Below, one piece after another: positions 49,382 to 60,416 of a stretch of DNA of 64,000 bases; the stretch's first letter is position 1, and the number at the start of each line of letters is the position of its first letter. Location: positions 1-64,000 of the IMG/VR virus record IMGVR_UViG_3300025168_015970. One strand, written 5' to 3'. Below the pieces are notes generated by a model, which did not search any database, was not told the DNA's origin, and was given only the letters and a program-made list of their open reading frames with translations. Source of the DNA: a virus. A program made the position numbers and the translations under genes.

Positions 49382-50454
49382 GCGCAATACCATCTAAAAC
49401 AGGAGTACCAGATATTGTTAATAGTAAATTAACAAATACAGTAGATTTTCATATTGCCTCAACAAACTTTAACTCTATATTAAGATCATATATTAACTTT
49501 CTAGCTCTTAGTAAGTACTATGACAGTTTAAAATATGAAGCTGACCCGATTACAGCTGAAGCAACGTTCTGGGAACAATTAGCAAACTCTAATATAAATT
49601 TACAAACCTTCGCTAAGAACCCTAAAGCTACAAAATATCTATCTCGGCTACAGTTAGAATTAAACGATGGAGAGTTTTTAAAGTTAACTGAAAATGGTGA
49701 CCCGTTAGTTTATATAAGTGCAGCTGGTAACTTAATAGCAGAAACAACTGAAGGTAGAGAGATACCTCTTACTAAAGATGATACTGATAAAGTAAATGAA
49801 CAGTTATCTGAGATAAAGACTTCTTTTGATATCGCTAGCGAAGATCAAAATGGAGAATTTATAGCATGGTGGTTAGATAAGTATCGTAAGTCTCATAATA
49901 AAGTTAAAGAAGTATTACAAACAAAACTTAATATTGAAGATACAATTCTACAAGAAATATCTGAAAGCATAGGTTTTATCTCTTATCAATATCTCACCCC
50001 TCAAGGAAGATATATGCATTATGCAGATGAAGATTCAGACCCAACTCCTTACCCATTTAATAGTATTATAGATGACAAATTGGAATTAGATACTCGAAAA
50101 AATATCTTAGGTTTAAGTCGGAGAACTGAATCAATTTTCAAAAGAAATATACAACAAGTAATTAATACTACAGATCTTGGAGATTCGGCTCATAAAGAAA
50201 ACTTAGTAACTGATCATTTTTACTACAAACGATTAAAAGAAAATCAGTCTGAAATAAGCGAAGTTATAAGCGTTACGTTAGGCGGGGCATTTAACTTACT
50301 AGGTTGGCTAACTACAAATAAAGTAAGTAACAAACAAAAGACTGTACCTGGAGTATTTGAGTTAGTTGTAGAAAATTCAAAAGAAGAAGTAGACTTACTT
50401 TTAAATAAGATTCAAACTCTTAAACGTCCGTTTAGTATGGATATACTTAGTTAA
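49378..50454 (+). CDS. Hypothetical structural protein
   Basis: 358 aa coupled ORF in the baseplate operon. Confidence 0.55.
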   Translation: MSAIPSKTGVPDIVNSKLTNTVDFHIASTNFNSILRSYINFLALSKYYDSLKYEADPITAEATFWEQLANSNINLQTFAKNPKATKYLSRLQLELNDGEFLKLTENGDPLVYISAAGNLIAETTEGREIPLTKDDTDKVNEQLSEIKTSFDIASEDQNGEFIAWWLDKYRKSHNKVKEVLQTKLNIEDTILQEISESIGFISYQYLTPQGRYMHYADEDSDPTPYPFNSIIDDKLELDTRKNILGLSRRTESIFKRNIQQVINTTDLGDSAHKENLVTDHFYYKRLKENQSEISEVISVTLGGAFNLLGWLTTNKVSNKQKTVPGVFELVVENSKEEVDLLLNKIQTLKRPFSMDILS

Positions 50455-50920
50455 GTTTTTCTGGATCATTAACTTCTGCATCAACATTTATAACAGATTT
50501 ATCATTTATAAGTTTAGCCATAATTTCTTCCCTACTCATAGTTAACGCATGACTTTGATCTGCAGTTTGAAGTTCTCTCCTAGATTCAATATCCATTTTC
50601 TTTGATGCAATAGTAGTATTAGACTTTTTATCTTGTATAACAATTTTGTTTAATGTTTCTATAGCTCCAGAAGATGCTTTAATTAACTCCGCAAGGGATG
50701 ATATATTTTCTGCTTCTGGCATATGATGAACCACTTCTTTCATATTGTCGATTAACTCTAGACTATCTTGAATTAACTTCGAAGATTTTTTAATAACAAA
50801 CTCCTCTACATCTTCTTTATTCAATTCTGGATGATCTTGAGCAGCTCGTTCTAACATTTTACTATCTGCAGGTATAGACTTAAGTTGCGAAATTAAATCA
50901 TCCGGGTTAATATCATCCAT
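50447..50920 (-). CDS. Terminase small subunit (gp16-like)
   Basis: Helical 157 aa; ISSLAELIK..LNK..SREEIM pattern; TAAATA promoter at 50926-50931. Confidence 0.5.
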   Translation of the reverse strand: MDDINPDDLISQLKSIPADSKMLERAAQDHPELNKEDVEEFVIKKSSKLIQDSLELIDNMKEVVHHMPEAENISSLAELIKASSGAIETLNKIVIQDKKSNTTIASKKMDIESRRELQTADQSHALTMSREEIMAKLINDKSVINVDAEVNDPEKLN

Positions 50921-50966
50921 AAAAATATTTACTTGAAAAATCTCTATTATATACTATATTTTATGT

Positions 50967-51473
50967 ATGAGTTCAAAAGAACAGCTTAGTATGAAGTTTG
51001 TAAAGACCCACACTGACGCAAAACTCCCGGAACGAGCCCATGATAGTGATTCAGGATATGATCTATATAGTGTATCAGAAGTTATTGTTCCTGGGGATGG
51101 GTCAGTTGTAGTTCCTGTTGGTTTAACTCTTGGTTATTTGACTCCAGGTTGGTGGTTCCGTGTTGAACCTAGAAGTGGTTTAGGGTTCAAACATAACTTA
51201 CAACCTCACTTAGGAATCATTGATAATGGTTATAGAGGAGATCTAGGAGTAAAGTTATATAACTTCAGTAATGTTAATATTACTTTAAATAAAGGTACAA
51301 AAATTGCACAATTGGTTTTATATCCTCATATAACAGCTGAAGTAAGTTTTATTGATGAAGTCGTTGAAGCTGATCGAGGGGATGCTGGTTTCGGTTCTAC
51401 TGATTATAAATCAGATATGGATACTGATAAAATGTCAATTTATGATAATTTTAAAGAATACCCGTCTGCATGA
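50967..51473 (+). CDS. dut: Trimeric dUTPase
   Basis: SGYDL, PRSGLG, GIIDNGYRG, IAQLV and RGDAGFGST motifs. Confidence 0.95.
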   Translation: MSSKEQLSMKFVKTHTDAKLPERAHDSDSGYDLYSVSEVIVPGDGSVVVPVGLTLGYLTPGWWFRVEPRSGLGFKHNLQPHLGIIDNGYRGDLGVKLYNFSNVNITLNKGTKIAQLVLYPHITAEVSFIDEVVEADRGDAGFGSTDYKSDMDTDKMSIYDNFKEYPSA

Positions 51474-52378
51474 ACGTATCTGATATATGGTGTGAGAAGT
51501 ACAGACCAAGTACTTTAGAAGAAATAGTACTCAATCCAAGTACTCGTAATTACTTTAATAAAGTACGAGAGGATAAGAACATACCTAATGTTATGTTCGT
51601 TGGAAGACCTGGTATTGGTAAAACTTCTTTAGCAAAGATTATAGTATCTGATGTTCTCAATTGCCAGTATCTCTACATCAATGCGTCGGATGAGAACGGA
51701 ATAGATACTATACGTACAAAAGTTCTAAACTTCGCGCAGACAAAGAGTCTCTTTGGGAGCATTAAGGTTATAATACTTGATGAGTGCGATGGTTTGTCTA
51801 TTGATGCTCAAAAAGCTCTCCGTAATTCTATAGAAGAGTATCACGACTTAACTCGATTTGTACTTACAGCTAACTATAAACATAAGATTATTCCAGCTCT
51901 TCAGAGTAGATGTCAACTATTTGATCTCAATCATGATAAAAACGAGTATATTACTAAGTTGATATCAATTGTTAAAGCTGAAGAAGTAAAGATTAATAAA
52001 GAAGATTTCACTAATATTGTTAATAGTTGTTATCCAGATTTTAGAAGAGGTATTAACGCTCTACAAAAGTATGCTTTATCAGGAGGAAAAGAAGGTATAT
52101 TTGGAGATATATCTGAACTTTTCGATGGTTTAATAGATCTTCTACGAAATAAAAAATATACAGCTATAAGAAAGTTTATTATCGAGAATGAAACTGTCTT
52201 TAATAACGATTATGATGTTTTATTTAAAAAGTTATTTGATTATATATTTGAATCTTCTATAGATGTAGACAAAAAGAAAGACTGTCTTTTAACAGTCTCT
52301 AGATATTTTTATCAGAATAGTCAATGTATTGATCAGGAGATCAACTTCTATTCTTGTATCCTTGAATTAAGCGTTTAA
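51470..52378 (+). CDS. gp44: Clamp loader ATPase gp44 (RFC-like)
   Basis: WCEKYRP, GRPGIGKT, NASDE, LDECD and SRC motifs. Confidence 0.93.
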   Translation: MNVSDIWCEKYRPSTLEEIVLNPSTRNYFNKVREDKNIPNVMFVGRPGIGKTSLAKIIVSDVLNCQYLYINASDENGIDTIRTKVLNFAQTKSLFGSIKVIILDECDGLSIDAQKALRNSIEEYHDLTRFVLTANYKHKIIPALQSRCQLFDLNHDKNEYITKLISIVKAEEVKINKEDFTNIVNSCYPDFRRGINALQKYALSGGKEGIFGDISELFDGLIDLLRNKKYTAIRKFIIENETVFNNDYDVLFKKLFDYIFESSIDVDKKKDCLLTVSRYFYQNSQCIDQEINFYSCILELSV

Positions 52379-52864
52379 ATACTTCGCAGTAGTTAACTTA
52401 TAATCTCCGTTAGGTACTTTAGTTGGTTGACCAACATCAGTAGCTACGTCTTCTACTTCTTCTGGCTTCAATGTAGTAGGATCTTTTTGATCATTAGTTG
52501 GATCTTTTTGAGTACCACGAGCATCTGCAGAAGATATATCAAACTCTAATAGTTCTAAGGGAATAGTTAAGTTATTTTGATATAAACCAGGAGCATATTC
52601 TACTGCAATATCTGCTAATTGAGCTTGAGAATCTGTTGTACCAGTCTCATATACAGCTTTTTTAATAGTAGATAACATAAGAGGTTTACCTTGCTCTGAT
52701 AAAGTTTTTACCTCTTGTATATAGTTTTGTCTAGCTTCATCAAGAGATTTATACCAATCTGAAGATTCGCAGTTGCCTTTGATCTTAACATAATCACCAG
52801 CGATAGGCCCGGATTTTACAAATCGACCAATTTGTTGTTCAAATATAGTATCGAATTTACTCAT
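52367..52864 (-). CDS. Hypothetical late protein
   Basis: MSKFDTIFE N-terminus; TAAATA at 52871-52876. Confidence 0.6.
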   Translation of the reverse strand: MSKFDTIFEQQIGRFVKSGPIAGDYVKIKGNCESSDWYKSLDEARQNYIQEVKTLSEQGKPLMLSTIKKAVYETGTTDSQAQLADIAVEYAPGLYQNNLTIPLELLEFDISSADARGTQKDPTNDQKDPTTLKPEEVEDVATDVGQPTKVPNGDYKLTTAKYLNA

Positions 52865-52910
52865 TTAAATTATTTATTCTATTAAGCCTTTTAAAATTAA
52901 ATAATTATAC

Positions 52911-53393
52911 ATGGCTCTTAAATTAGATATCCTAAAAGATGTAAAGAATAGGGATAGTTACCGTAATTATTCTTATGCAGACTTACATTTAGATATAGAA
53001 CTTAATAGTTTTCTCTCTGATAAAACTGTTGGGGCAGAGAAAAATAAGCAAGATTTGAAATTAAGTTATGATGAATCCGCTATTTACAACTCTATAAGAA
53101 ACACTTTTAATACTAAAAAAGGACAAAAAATACTAAACCCTAATTTTGGATTAGATCTAGAACAGTATTTGTTTGAGAATATATCAAAAGATAATGGAGA
53201 TTTAATAGGTACTACAATTTATGAAGAGTTAGCGTTGTATGAGCCTCGAGTTATAGTGAATAGTGTAGATATAATTGCACGACCTGATCAAAACGAATAT
53301 AAAATTAGTATATCTATCACAATACCATCATTAAATAATAAAAAAGGGACTGCTAACGGATTACTAACAGCAACAGGGTTTACGTACACATAA
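52911..53393 (+). CDS. gp25: Baseplate wedge gp25
   Basis: YADL, IYNSIRN..T.KGQK.LNPNFG..YLFE and YEPRV motifs. Confidence 0.9.
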   Translation: MALKLDILKDVKNRDSYRNYSYADLHLDIELNSFLSDKTVGAEKNKQDLKLSYDESAIYNSIRNTFNTKKGQKILNPNFGLDLEQYLFENISKDNGDLIGTTIYEELALYEPRVIVNSVDIIARPDQNEYKISISITIPSLNNKKGTANGLLTATGFTYT

Positions 53394-53395
53394 AA

Positions 53396-55231
53396 ATGGC
53401 AAAATATACACAATTCGATTTACCGACAGATGCATATGCAAGCTTTGATGCCCAAAGCTTGCGCGATCTAATCATATCTAGAATTAATAAAGACACGAAC
53501 ATTAATTTTACAGATCAAAATTTCGAAGGTAGTAACATCTCTGCTCTTATAGATATTATTTCCTACTCATACCATACTTTATTATTCTACTTAAATCAAA
53601 CTAGTTCAGAGAGTAATTTTAATGATGCAGAGTTGTATGAAAATATAAACCGTATAGTAAAACTTATTGATTATAAACCTGTAGGTAAGCAGTCAAGTGT
53701 GTTACCCGTAAACATAAAAGGTACCTCTGATTTGTCTGCTGGTTATTATACAATACCTAAATTTACATTCGCAAGCTCTGGTGGTAAGACATTTACATTT
53801 ACTAATGATCTCACGTTTGAAAAAATAACATCTGAAACTGAAACTATAACAGCAACTGGTAACCAATTATTATATGAAGGTACAGTAGAAGAATATCCAG
53901 TTATTAATCCTATCGGTGAAAAATTTGAAACAATAAATCTTCTCCCAGGAGGGGATGTAATAATTGATCACTTTAATATATTTGCTTACGTAAAAGAAAC
54001 AAACGAAGATGATAAGTGGTATGAATGGAAAAGAGTTCCAAGTATATTTTTAGCAAATGCAAATGAAAGAGTTTTTGAAATCCGATATAATGAAAATAAA
54101 AACTATGAATTTAAATTTGGTAATAGTGTAAATGGTAAAAAGTTAAATGACGGGGATCAAGTTGCTATCTATTATATTAAATCAACTGGGGAGTCTGGTA
54201 AGGTAACTAAAAACACTTTTGTAGATAGTGGAATTAATATTTTTAATACATCTCAATATGACACCATATGGGCTGATATAAAAGATACATCCTTAAATTA
54301 TCTTGCTATCGAAACTGCTCCGAATGTTAATATTAATAATACTGAAGACAGTACAAACTTTGGAGAAGAAGAAAAGGTATCAGAAATAAAACAAAACGCA
54401 CCTCGATTTTTTAGTTCAGAATACAAACTAACTACGAAAGGAGATTATAAAAGTTTTATACAACGAAACTATAAAAACTTAATTTACGATGTAACTGTAC
54501 AAAATAATAGTGATTATACTAATGATTATTTAAAATATGTTAATGAAGAGTTAGGTCTAACAGATTATACATTAGATACAAACGCCCTTTTTAATCAATT
54601 TTATTTTGCTGATAGCGCAGACGCAAACAACATATATCTAACTATTGTACCGAATTTGCGTAAAAATAAAACAGTAGTCACTCGTTCTAATTATCTTTCT
54701 AATTCTCTAAAAGAAAAAATACGGAGTGAGATTGAAGATTATAAATTACTTAACAGCGAAATTGCTTTCATTGATCCAGTATACTTAAACTTAGATTTAT
54801 CTTTGTCATTCTCTGGTGAGATAAATAAAACATCTTATAAAGATTACACATGCCTAGAAATAAGCAGAAGTTCCCGTTCTCTAATAAACGAAGAAGATTT
54901 AAAAACAAAAGTATTTAATACTATAACAAACTATATTAATTCTATAAAGCTTGGAGGCTTAATAGATGTGAGGTTTTTAAATAACGAACTTGAAAAAATT
55001 AAAGGTATTGAAAAAATAGAAACAATAAGAACTGATGTAGAAAACCTCGGCGTTCCTGGTCTTTCTTTATGCATTTTTAATCCAATATATAATGGGAGGG
55101 ATATTAAAAGTATCGATACTAGATATCAGTTAAAACCATATCAAATACCTTATATTGAAAATTCCACTTTATTTAAAAATAAAATTAAAGTTAAACCCTT
55201 AACTAGTAACAATAGAGTCGTTGAATATTAA
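53396..55231 (+). CDS. gp6: Baseplate wedge gp6
   Basis: FTDQNFEGSNIS.LIDI.SY, FKFGN..GK, Y..S.G..G and TTKGDY motifs. Confidence 0.88.
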   Translation: MAKYTQFDLPTDAYASFDAQSLRDLIISRINKDTNINFTDQNFEGSNISALIDIISYSYHTLLFYLNQTSSESNFNDAELYENINRIVKLIDYKPVGKQSSVLPVNIKGTSDLSAGYYTIPKFTFASSGGKTFTFTNDLTFEKITSETETITATGNQLLYEGTVEEYPVINPIGEKFETINLLPGGDVIIDHFNIFAYVKETNEDDKWYEWKRVPSIFLANANERVFEIRYNENKNYEFKFGNSVNGKKLNDGDQVAIYYIKSTGESGKVTKNTFVDSGINIFNTSQYDTIWADIKDTSLNYLAIETAPNVNINNTEDSTNFGEEEKVSEIKQNAPRFFSSEYKLTTKGDYKSFIQRNYKNLIYDVTVQNNSDYTNDYLKYVNEELGLTDYTLDTNALFNQFYFADSADANNIYLTIVPNLRKNKTVVTRSNYLSNSLKEKIRSEIEDYKLLNSEIAFIDPVYLNLDLSLSFSGEINKTSYKDYTCLEISRSSRSLINEEDLKTKVFNTITNYINSIKLGGLIDVRFLNNELEKIKGIEKIETIRTDVENLGVPGLSLCIFNPIYNGRDIKSIDTRYQLKPYQIPYIENSTLFKNKIKVKPLTSNNRVVEY

Positions 55232-58116
55232 TGTCTGAACCAATAACTAACACTCCAGATAGTATACCAGTACCAGTAACAGTTACTGTTGATACATCAG
55301 TTTCTGTACCTCCATTGGTTGAGAATGTGCACTTATTATCTGCTTCCCAAGCTGGTTTTACTAATATATCTAATTTTACTTTTACTGCAGATTTAACTGG
55401 TACAGTTTATAGTATTATAGATAATTTTGAACCTAAAATATCTAATACTAAAGCGGTATGGGATTTTGGAGATGGTTATACTCTTAGTGCTGCTAATAGT
55501 ACTACAACTACCCATAGATATAGAGTACCAGGTATATATAAAGTGTCAATGTATTTCTTCAATGAAGAAGGAAACACCCATCTTAATACAGTTACTAAGT
55601 CAGTATCAGTTTATAATTATGTACCAACAAATGTAGCTATTAGTAATAATTTTGTTGCTTCTGTTTCAGCTGCGCAATTCCCAGCCGGAACAAAAAACAA
55701 TTCGTTTAATGCTGGTGTTTCTGCTTCATGGCAAGATATACCAGAGGATGGCAAATTTACTTTGTATCTCACAGCGAGCGGTAGTAAAGCTAAACCATAT
55801 GATACTAAAAGTAAATATGCTCACTTAGTACCGTATAATGCTTTTTACAATCCACAAGATGGTAATCTGATTAATAGTGTGGAAGGTTTAAATTTTAAAT
55901 TAAACAATCAGTATTATGTAGTCAATCCTTCTACTAATAAAATAGAACCAATTTTAGAAGATAAAGTAGAAGAGTTTACTGCAGTTGGAATGACTCCTTA
56001 TTTGTTAGGAGCTACAGTTAGTACGTTCCAAGGTTATGATAATACATCTACAAATTCAGCTGGAGTTACATCAATGCGACCAGGGAAGCCATATTCTGTA
56101 TCCGCCCATGATATACCAGCATTTATATATTATGATGATATACCTAATATCGACCCGGGAGTGAGATTATTGTTTAAGCTTGATACAAGTAAACATAAAG
56201 TAAGAAATTTTTATGTAGATGGTATCGATTCAGATATTAACAGTAGTGGGTTAACTTTTTTAGAAACAAATCAAGTAGGAGCATTTGTAGGTAATACAAC
56301 TACAGAGATTGGTTACCCGATAAAAATATCTAAACCAACTACTACGAGACTCTCTTTCACATCTACAGGTATGAAAGAAATGTCTGGTATACAATATAAA
56401 AGACAAGGAGATAAATTTCAATTGTTTATAGCACTAGCAGATAGGGAGTTAAATATTGCTAAATATTATCCTCAATATTTATGGTCTTCAAGTCAAAATC
56501 CTGCTCAAGATAATCAATTTTACTTAGAATGGACTGATGGTACTACAACAACAACTTCTAACATAAGTAGTATTAGTACAAATAAGTTTCCGTACGATAC
56601 TTCTACAGGTAAAACAAATTTAAGTAGTTTTCTATATACTAATATAAATCCATTAAGTGCCGGAACATGGACATTAAATGTTACTGGAAGAATAGATTCT
56701 TTTACATCAGCAATTGGAGTTTCCGGGTATAACGCCATAATTGATTACGATGGTTCAGGTCCTTTAGGTCCGGTTTCATTAACTGCCTCCGGGGGTAATA
56801 TTATAGAAGGGTCATATACGTTTACAGTCTTACCTTCTACAAATGATGTGGAAATTTATAAAATAAATGAGGATATAGATTATTCTCAAACAATAAAAGG
56901 TTACAGATTCCAATCATTTTTACATGAGTATGATAATTTATTTGACGGTATATTTACTTCGTTTGTTGGTGAAGCGAGCTCAAGTCCTACTGTTTTTGGT
57001 AAAACGGTTTTTGAAAAGATAGCAAACTTTGTTGCAAATAATAACGATGTAGATTATTGTAATCTAGATAACTTACAATCCTTCTATGATTTCTTCAATG
57101 AAGATATAGATATTGTATTACCGACCCCACCACCAGAGCTGAAGCGATTGTATGATTTGTTTAGTATAAAAATAACAAAATTATTAGGAGGATATGAACA
57201 AAATAATGAGCGATTAACTACAGACTTTTATACTAATTCTGCTAATGGACGGAACGTAGACTTTAATAATAAAATAGATACTTCCACTTATACGGTTACT
57301 GCCTATACTAATATTGTAGCAAGACAAAAATTTAACAATGAGTTTGTTTTAATTAAACCTCAAAAAATTGCTAGCTTATCTTTCCAAACAGCAAATGAGC
57401 TTTGGGACTTAACTACAACGAATTTAAATTTCGCGACTACAACTGGCTGGCAAGCTACTGTATCAGATCAAATAAACGAAACTGGTAGCTCTCCAATAAG
57501 TGGTTGGGTACTTACTGGTTCTGTTGCAGGACATAACCCATATACTGGTACCCCAGCCACAAATAATTTATTTCAAGCTATAAACGCTAAATCAAATTCT
57601 AGCTATAAGGTTACTGTAACTGTCGCAAGCTGTACAGCCGGTACATTAAGAGTAATAATAGGGCAACATAGTAACGGGGTTGCATTACCTCAAACAGGAG
57701 GGGTTACTAATAATGGAACTCATTCTGTAACGATAACAAACACAGGAATTTATGATACCCTTTCATTGGAAGTAAGTCAAGACTTCAACGGTAATATAGA
57801 TAACATTATTATACAAGAATTAATTTCAAATCAATATCCTCTTTCAGCTTATAATAAATATAGTAACTGGGGTTGGTCGTTAGATACTTCTGTATCAGGT
57901 GCTAGTGGTTTAGATAGTTTTTATGACTTTTATCCTTATACGACATATGACACTACATCGGCAGATGAAAATATAAAAAACAGTATTGTAGATTTTAATA
58001 ATACATATACGTCTATAACTCGTGGAAATTCTTCCCTGAGCGCTAATTGGGATAATACAGGTGGCATTGTATATAAAAATGTGGATTATCAAATCCGGAA
58101 AGGACTTAATATATGA
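55231..58116 (+). CDS. Large baseplate protein (gp7-like position) with PKD and CBM-like domains
   Basis: WDFGDG..THRYRVPGIYKV PKD motif; C-terminal beta-sandwich insert. Confidence 0.6.
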   Translation: MSEPITNTPDSIPVPVTVTVDTSVSVPPLVENVHLLSASQAGFTNISNFTFTADLTGTVYSIIDNFEPKISNTKAVWDFGDGYTLSAANSTTTTHRYRVPGIYKVSMYFFNEEGNTHLNTVTKSVSVYNYVPTNVAISNNFVASVSAAQFPAGTKNNSFNAGVSASWQDIPEDGKFTLYLTASGSKAKPYDTKSKYAHLVPYNAFYNPQDGNLINSVEGLNFKLNNQYYVVNPSTNKIEPILEDKVEEFTAVGMTPYLLGATVSTFQGYDNTSTNSAGVTSMRPGKPYSVSAHDIPAFIYYDDIPNIDPGVRLLFKLDTSKHKVRNFYVDGIDSDINSSGLTFLETNQVGAFVGNTTTEIGYPIKISKPTTTRLSFTSTGMKEMSGIQYKRQGDKFQLFIALADRELNIAKYYPQYLWSSSQNPAQDNQFYLEWTDGTTTTTSNISSISTNKFPYDTSTGKTNLSSFLYTNINPLSAGTWTLNVTGRIDSFTSAIGVSGYNAIIDYDGSGPLGPVSLTASGGNIIEGSYTFTVLPSTNDVEIYKINEDIDYSQTIKGYRFQSFLHEYDNLFDGIFTSFVGEASSSPTVFGKTVFEKIANFVANNNDVDYCNLDNLQSFYDFFNEDIDIVLPTPPPELKRLYDLFSIKITKLLGGYEQNNERLTTDFYTNSANGRNVDFNNKIDTSTYTVTAYTNIVARQKFNNEFVLIKPQKIASLSFQTANELWDLTTTNLNFATTTGWQATVSDQINETGSSPISGWVLTGSVAGHNPYTGTPATNNLFQAINAKSNSSYKVTVTVASCTAGTLRVIIGQHSNGVALPQTGGVTNNGTHSVTITNTGIYDTLSLEVSQDFNGNIDNIIIQELISNQYPLSAYNKYSNWGWSLDTSVSGASGLDSFYDFYPYTTYDTTSADENIKNSIVDFNNTYTSITRGNSSLSANWDNTGGIVYKNVDYQIRKGLNI

Positions 58117-60416
58117 CGATAGATTTAAATACAACTAACCCATTATCTTTTATTGAATGGAAAGCTTATTATGAAGATGTTTCTAGCGCTACTGAGCTAC
58201 CTGTAATTTACAATAACTATCTTATTGAGTGGAAAAACCAAAAAGAGACAAATACTAATTATAATAACGATTATACTAAAAACATTTACATACAATTTTT
58301 AAAGAATTTAAATTTATCAACTTTAGATACTAATGTACAGCGGTTTCTCGAGAGAATAGATACCGATGATGTATATGAACTAGAATTATCAGTTCACTAT
58401 TTTATTGAAATAATACAAAACCAATTAACTAATGTTCGAGATTTAAGAGAAGAGGTTAAGTTTTCTACATCAAAAAATAAACTTAAAACTTCAAAAGCAG
58501 GTATACAAAAATATTTAAAAAATTATATAGCTAGATTACTTAGTAGTAAGGAATTTGTAAAAGAAAATACTAACACCGCTATAGAAGATATTAACATACA
58601 AAAAATAGCGAACAATATAGAAATAAATTTAAAGAGTTATGTTTCTGATGAGTTTTTGTATAACATCCACACAATAGACAAAGATTTAATTTTAAGTGTT
58701 ACCCGCAAGGTACTTAACGAAGTACCTAATGTTTTACAGGCAATATCAATAAACAAAGATGGTAAGAAACTAAAAATAGAAACCAACAATATATCAACTC
58801 CAGAAAGTATATTGAGCATTAATCAACCGTTTACAAATTTTGAAAGGTTACCTGGTAGGTACTTTAGAGGAGAAGAAAAAACATTAAAAAATTTAAAATT
58901 TACGTACGAAAAGGGATTAATAGAAAAATATTTAGCAAATGATTTATATCATGTATCTGGTAATAAACAATCTGCAAAAGTAGAACAGCTGTTTAATAAT
59001 ACTAACCCTACAAATAGTTTAAATCAAAGATATAATCCGAATTTATACAACAAACCTGTTAACATAAAAAGTACAGAAATTTACCCGTATCAATTATCCT
59101 TTAAAAATACTGGAACAACTAATTTTTATTCTTATGGGTTAACATTTAATATAGATTTATCTGCGTTCAATGGAACAGATTATGTAGTTCCCAACCCTAA
59201 TAAATATGAACCTGGTATTAAATGTGTTGGTTATATTAAAAATAGCAATACTGGAGAGATTCTTCGTAATATAAAAATAAAACAAAGAACTCCGCTTATT
59301 TTTAAAGCAAAAACAAACGAATACAAAAACAATGATCAAAGTGCTTCTATAGGTTTTTACAATAATAAAATATTACGAAATTATGGATATCAAAGTCAAG
59401 AAAATAGCTTAGAGTACTCTTCTACAGGTATTAACAAAAGAGAAGATAATATTAGTTTCTGGGAAGATGAAATTGGTCATATAGATTGGAAGAATACTGA
59501 CACATACCCAATAAGCGTTTTAAACATATATCCTGAATCTCAAAGACTTACGGATTTGTTGATAACTAACAAGACTGGCATCAAATTACGGAGTGACATA
59601 TATGGTAATGAGTTTTATTTTATAAAGCCGGTATACCCAAAGAGATACGCAGGAACCACATATATAAGCAGTACATCAGATTCAAGTACCTCAACTAGTT
59701 GTATAACAGCTGCAGAATATTATGATGGTTTGTTTTTTGAACCTTTACTGTCTGCAATATCTGCAGCTGAGTATATAGCTACAGGAACTTTGTATTCTAG
59801 TGTTACTGGTATGTATGATGAGTTTATAGTTAATGATTCTACATTATGTGATGTCGCAGGTACAGCAGAATCAGCAACATTCTTAGCTCCTCTAACAGAC
59901 TTTTCGTGTTCTGATTTGCATAGTCAAGCTTTGTCTTGTGGTTCAGTTTCTGCAGTGTCTGCTGTTGATGGTGGGCCATTTGCTGGACACCCTGGAGTGG
60001 GTAGTGAACTAGTAACTCATTATTTTACGGAAACTACAATACCATATTTAACAATTGATACTTCCGCTATATATACAAACTCTACTACTACATATGAAGC
60101 GTCAGCAACTAACGATCCAACAACAACCACTGTAAAATTGTTTGATCAACAGTTTATCAGCGCCGGTGAAGTATTTGTTAGAAATATACATACTCAAACG
60201 GTAGATCCACTTTCAACAGCCTTTGCAACAGTGTTTAATAAACACACAACAGGTCTTACTAAAGCTAATATACTTACAACAAGTAATATATTAGATTTTG
60301 ATATTATCGAAAATACAATTTATGTGCAAACGTCAGCAGAGACAGTAACAGAATTATATGATTTTGTAGATGGTACATTTAAAAATAAAGCTAGTTCGAA
60401 ATCCATAATAACGTAG
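58113..60416 (+). CDS. Large structural (baseplate/tail) protein
   Basis: Coupled ORF; S/T-rich C-terminus; SDIYGNEF motif. Confidence 0.55.
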   Translation: MTIDLNTTNPLSFIEWKAYYEDVSSATELPVIYNNYLIEWKNQKETNTNYNNDYTKNIYIQFLKNLNLSTLDTNVQRFLERIDTDDVYELELSVHYFIEIIQNQLTNVRDLREEVKFSTSKNKLKTSKAGIQKYLKNYIARLLSSKEFVKENTNTAIEDINIQKIANNIEINLKSYVSDEFLYNIHTIDKDLILSVTRKVLNEVPNVLQAISINKDGKKLKIETNNISTPESILSINQPFTNFERLPGRYFRGEEKTLKNLKFTYEKGLIEKYLANDLYHVSGNKQSAKVEQLFNNTNPTNSLNQRYNPNLYNKPVNIKSTEIYPYQLSFKNTGTTNFYSYGLTFNIDLSAFNGTDYVVPNPNKYEPGIKCVGYIKNSNTGEILRNIKIKQRTPLIFKAKTNEYKNNDQSASIGFYNNKILRNYGYQSQENSLEYSSTGINKREDNISFWEDEIGHIDWKNTDTYPISVLNIYPESQRLTDLLITNKTGIKLRSDIYGNEFYFIKPVYPKRYAGTTYISSTSDSSTSTSCITAAEYYDGLFFEPLLSAISAAEYIATGTLYSSVTGMYDEFIVNDSTLCDVAGTAESATFLAPLTDFSCSDLHSQALSCGSVSAVSAVDGGPFAGHPGVGSELVTHYFTETTIPYLTIDTSAIYTNSTTTYEASATNDPTTTTVKLFDQQFISAGEVFVRNIHTQTVDPLSTAFATVFNKHTTGLTKANILTTSNILDFDIIENTIYVQTSAETVTELYDFVDGTFKNKASSKSIIT

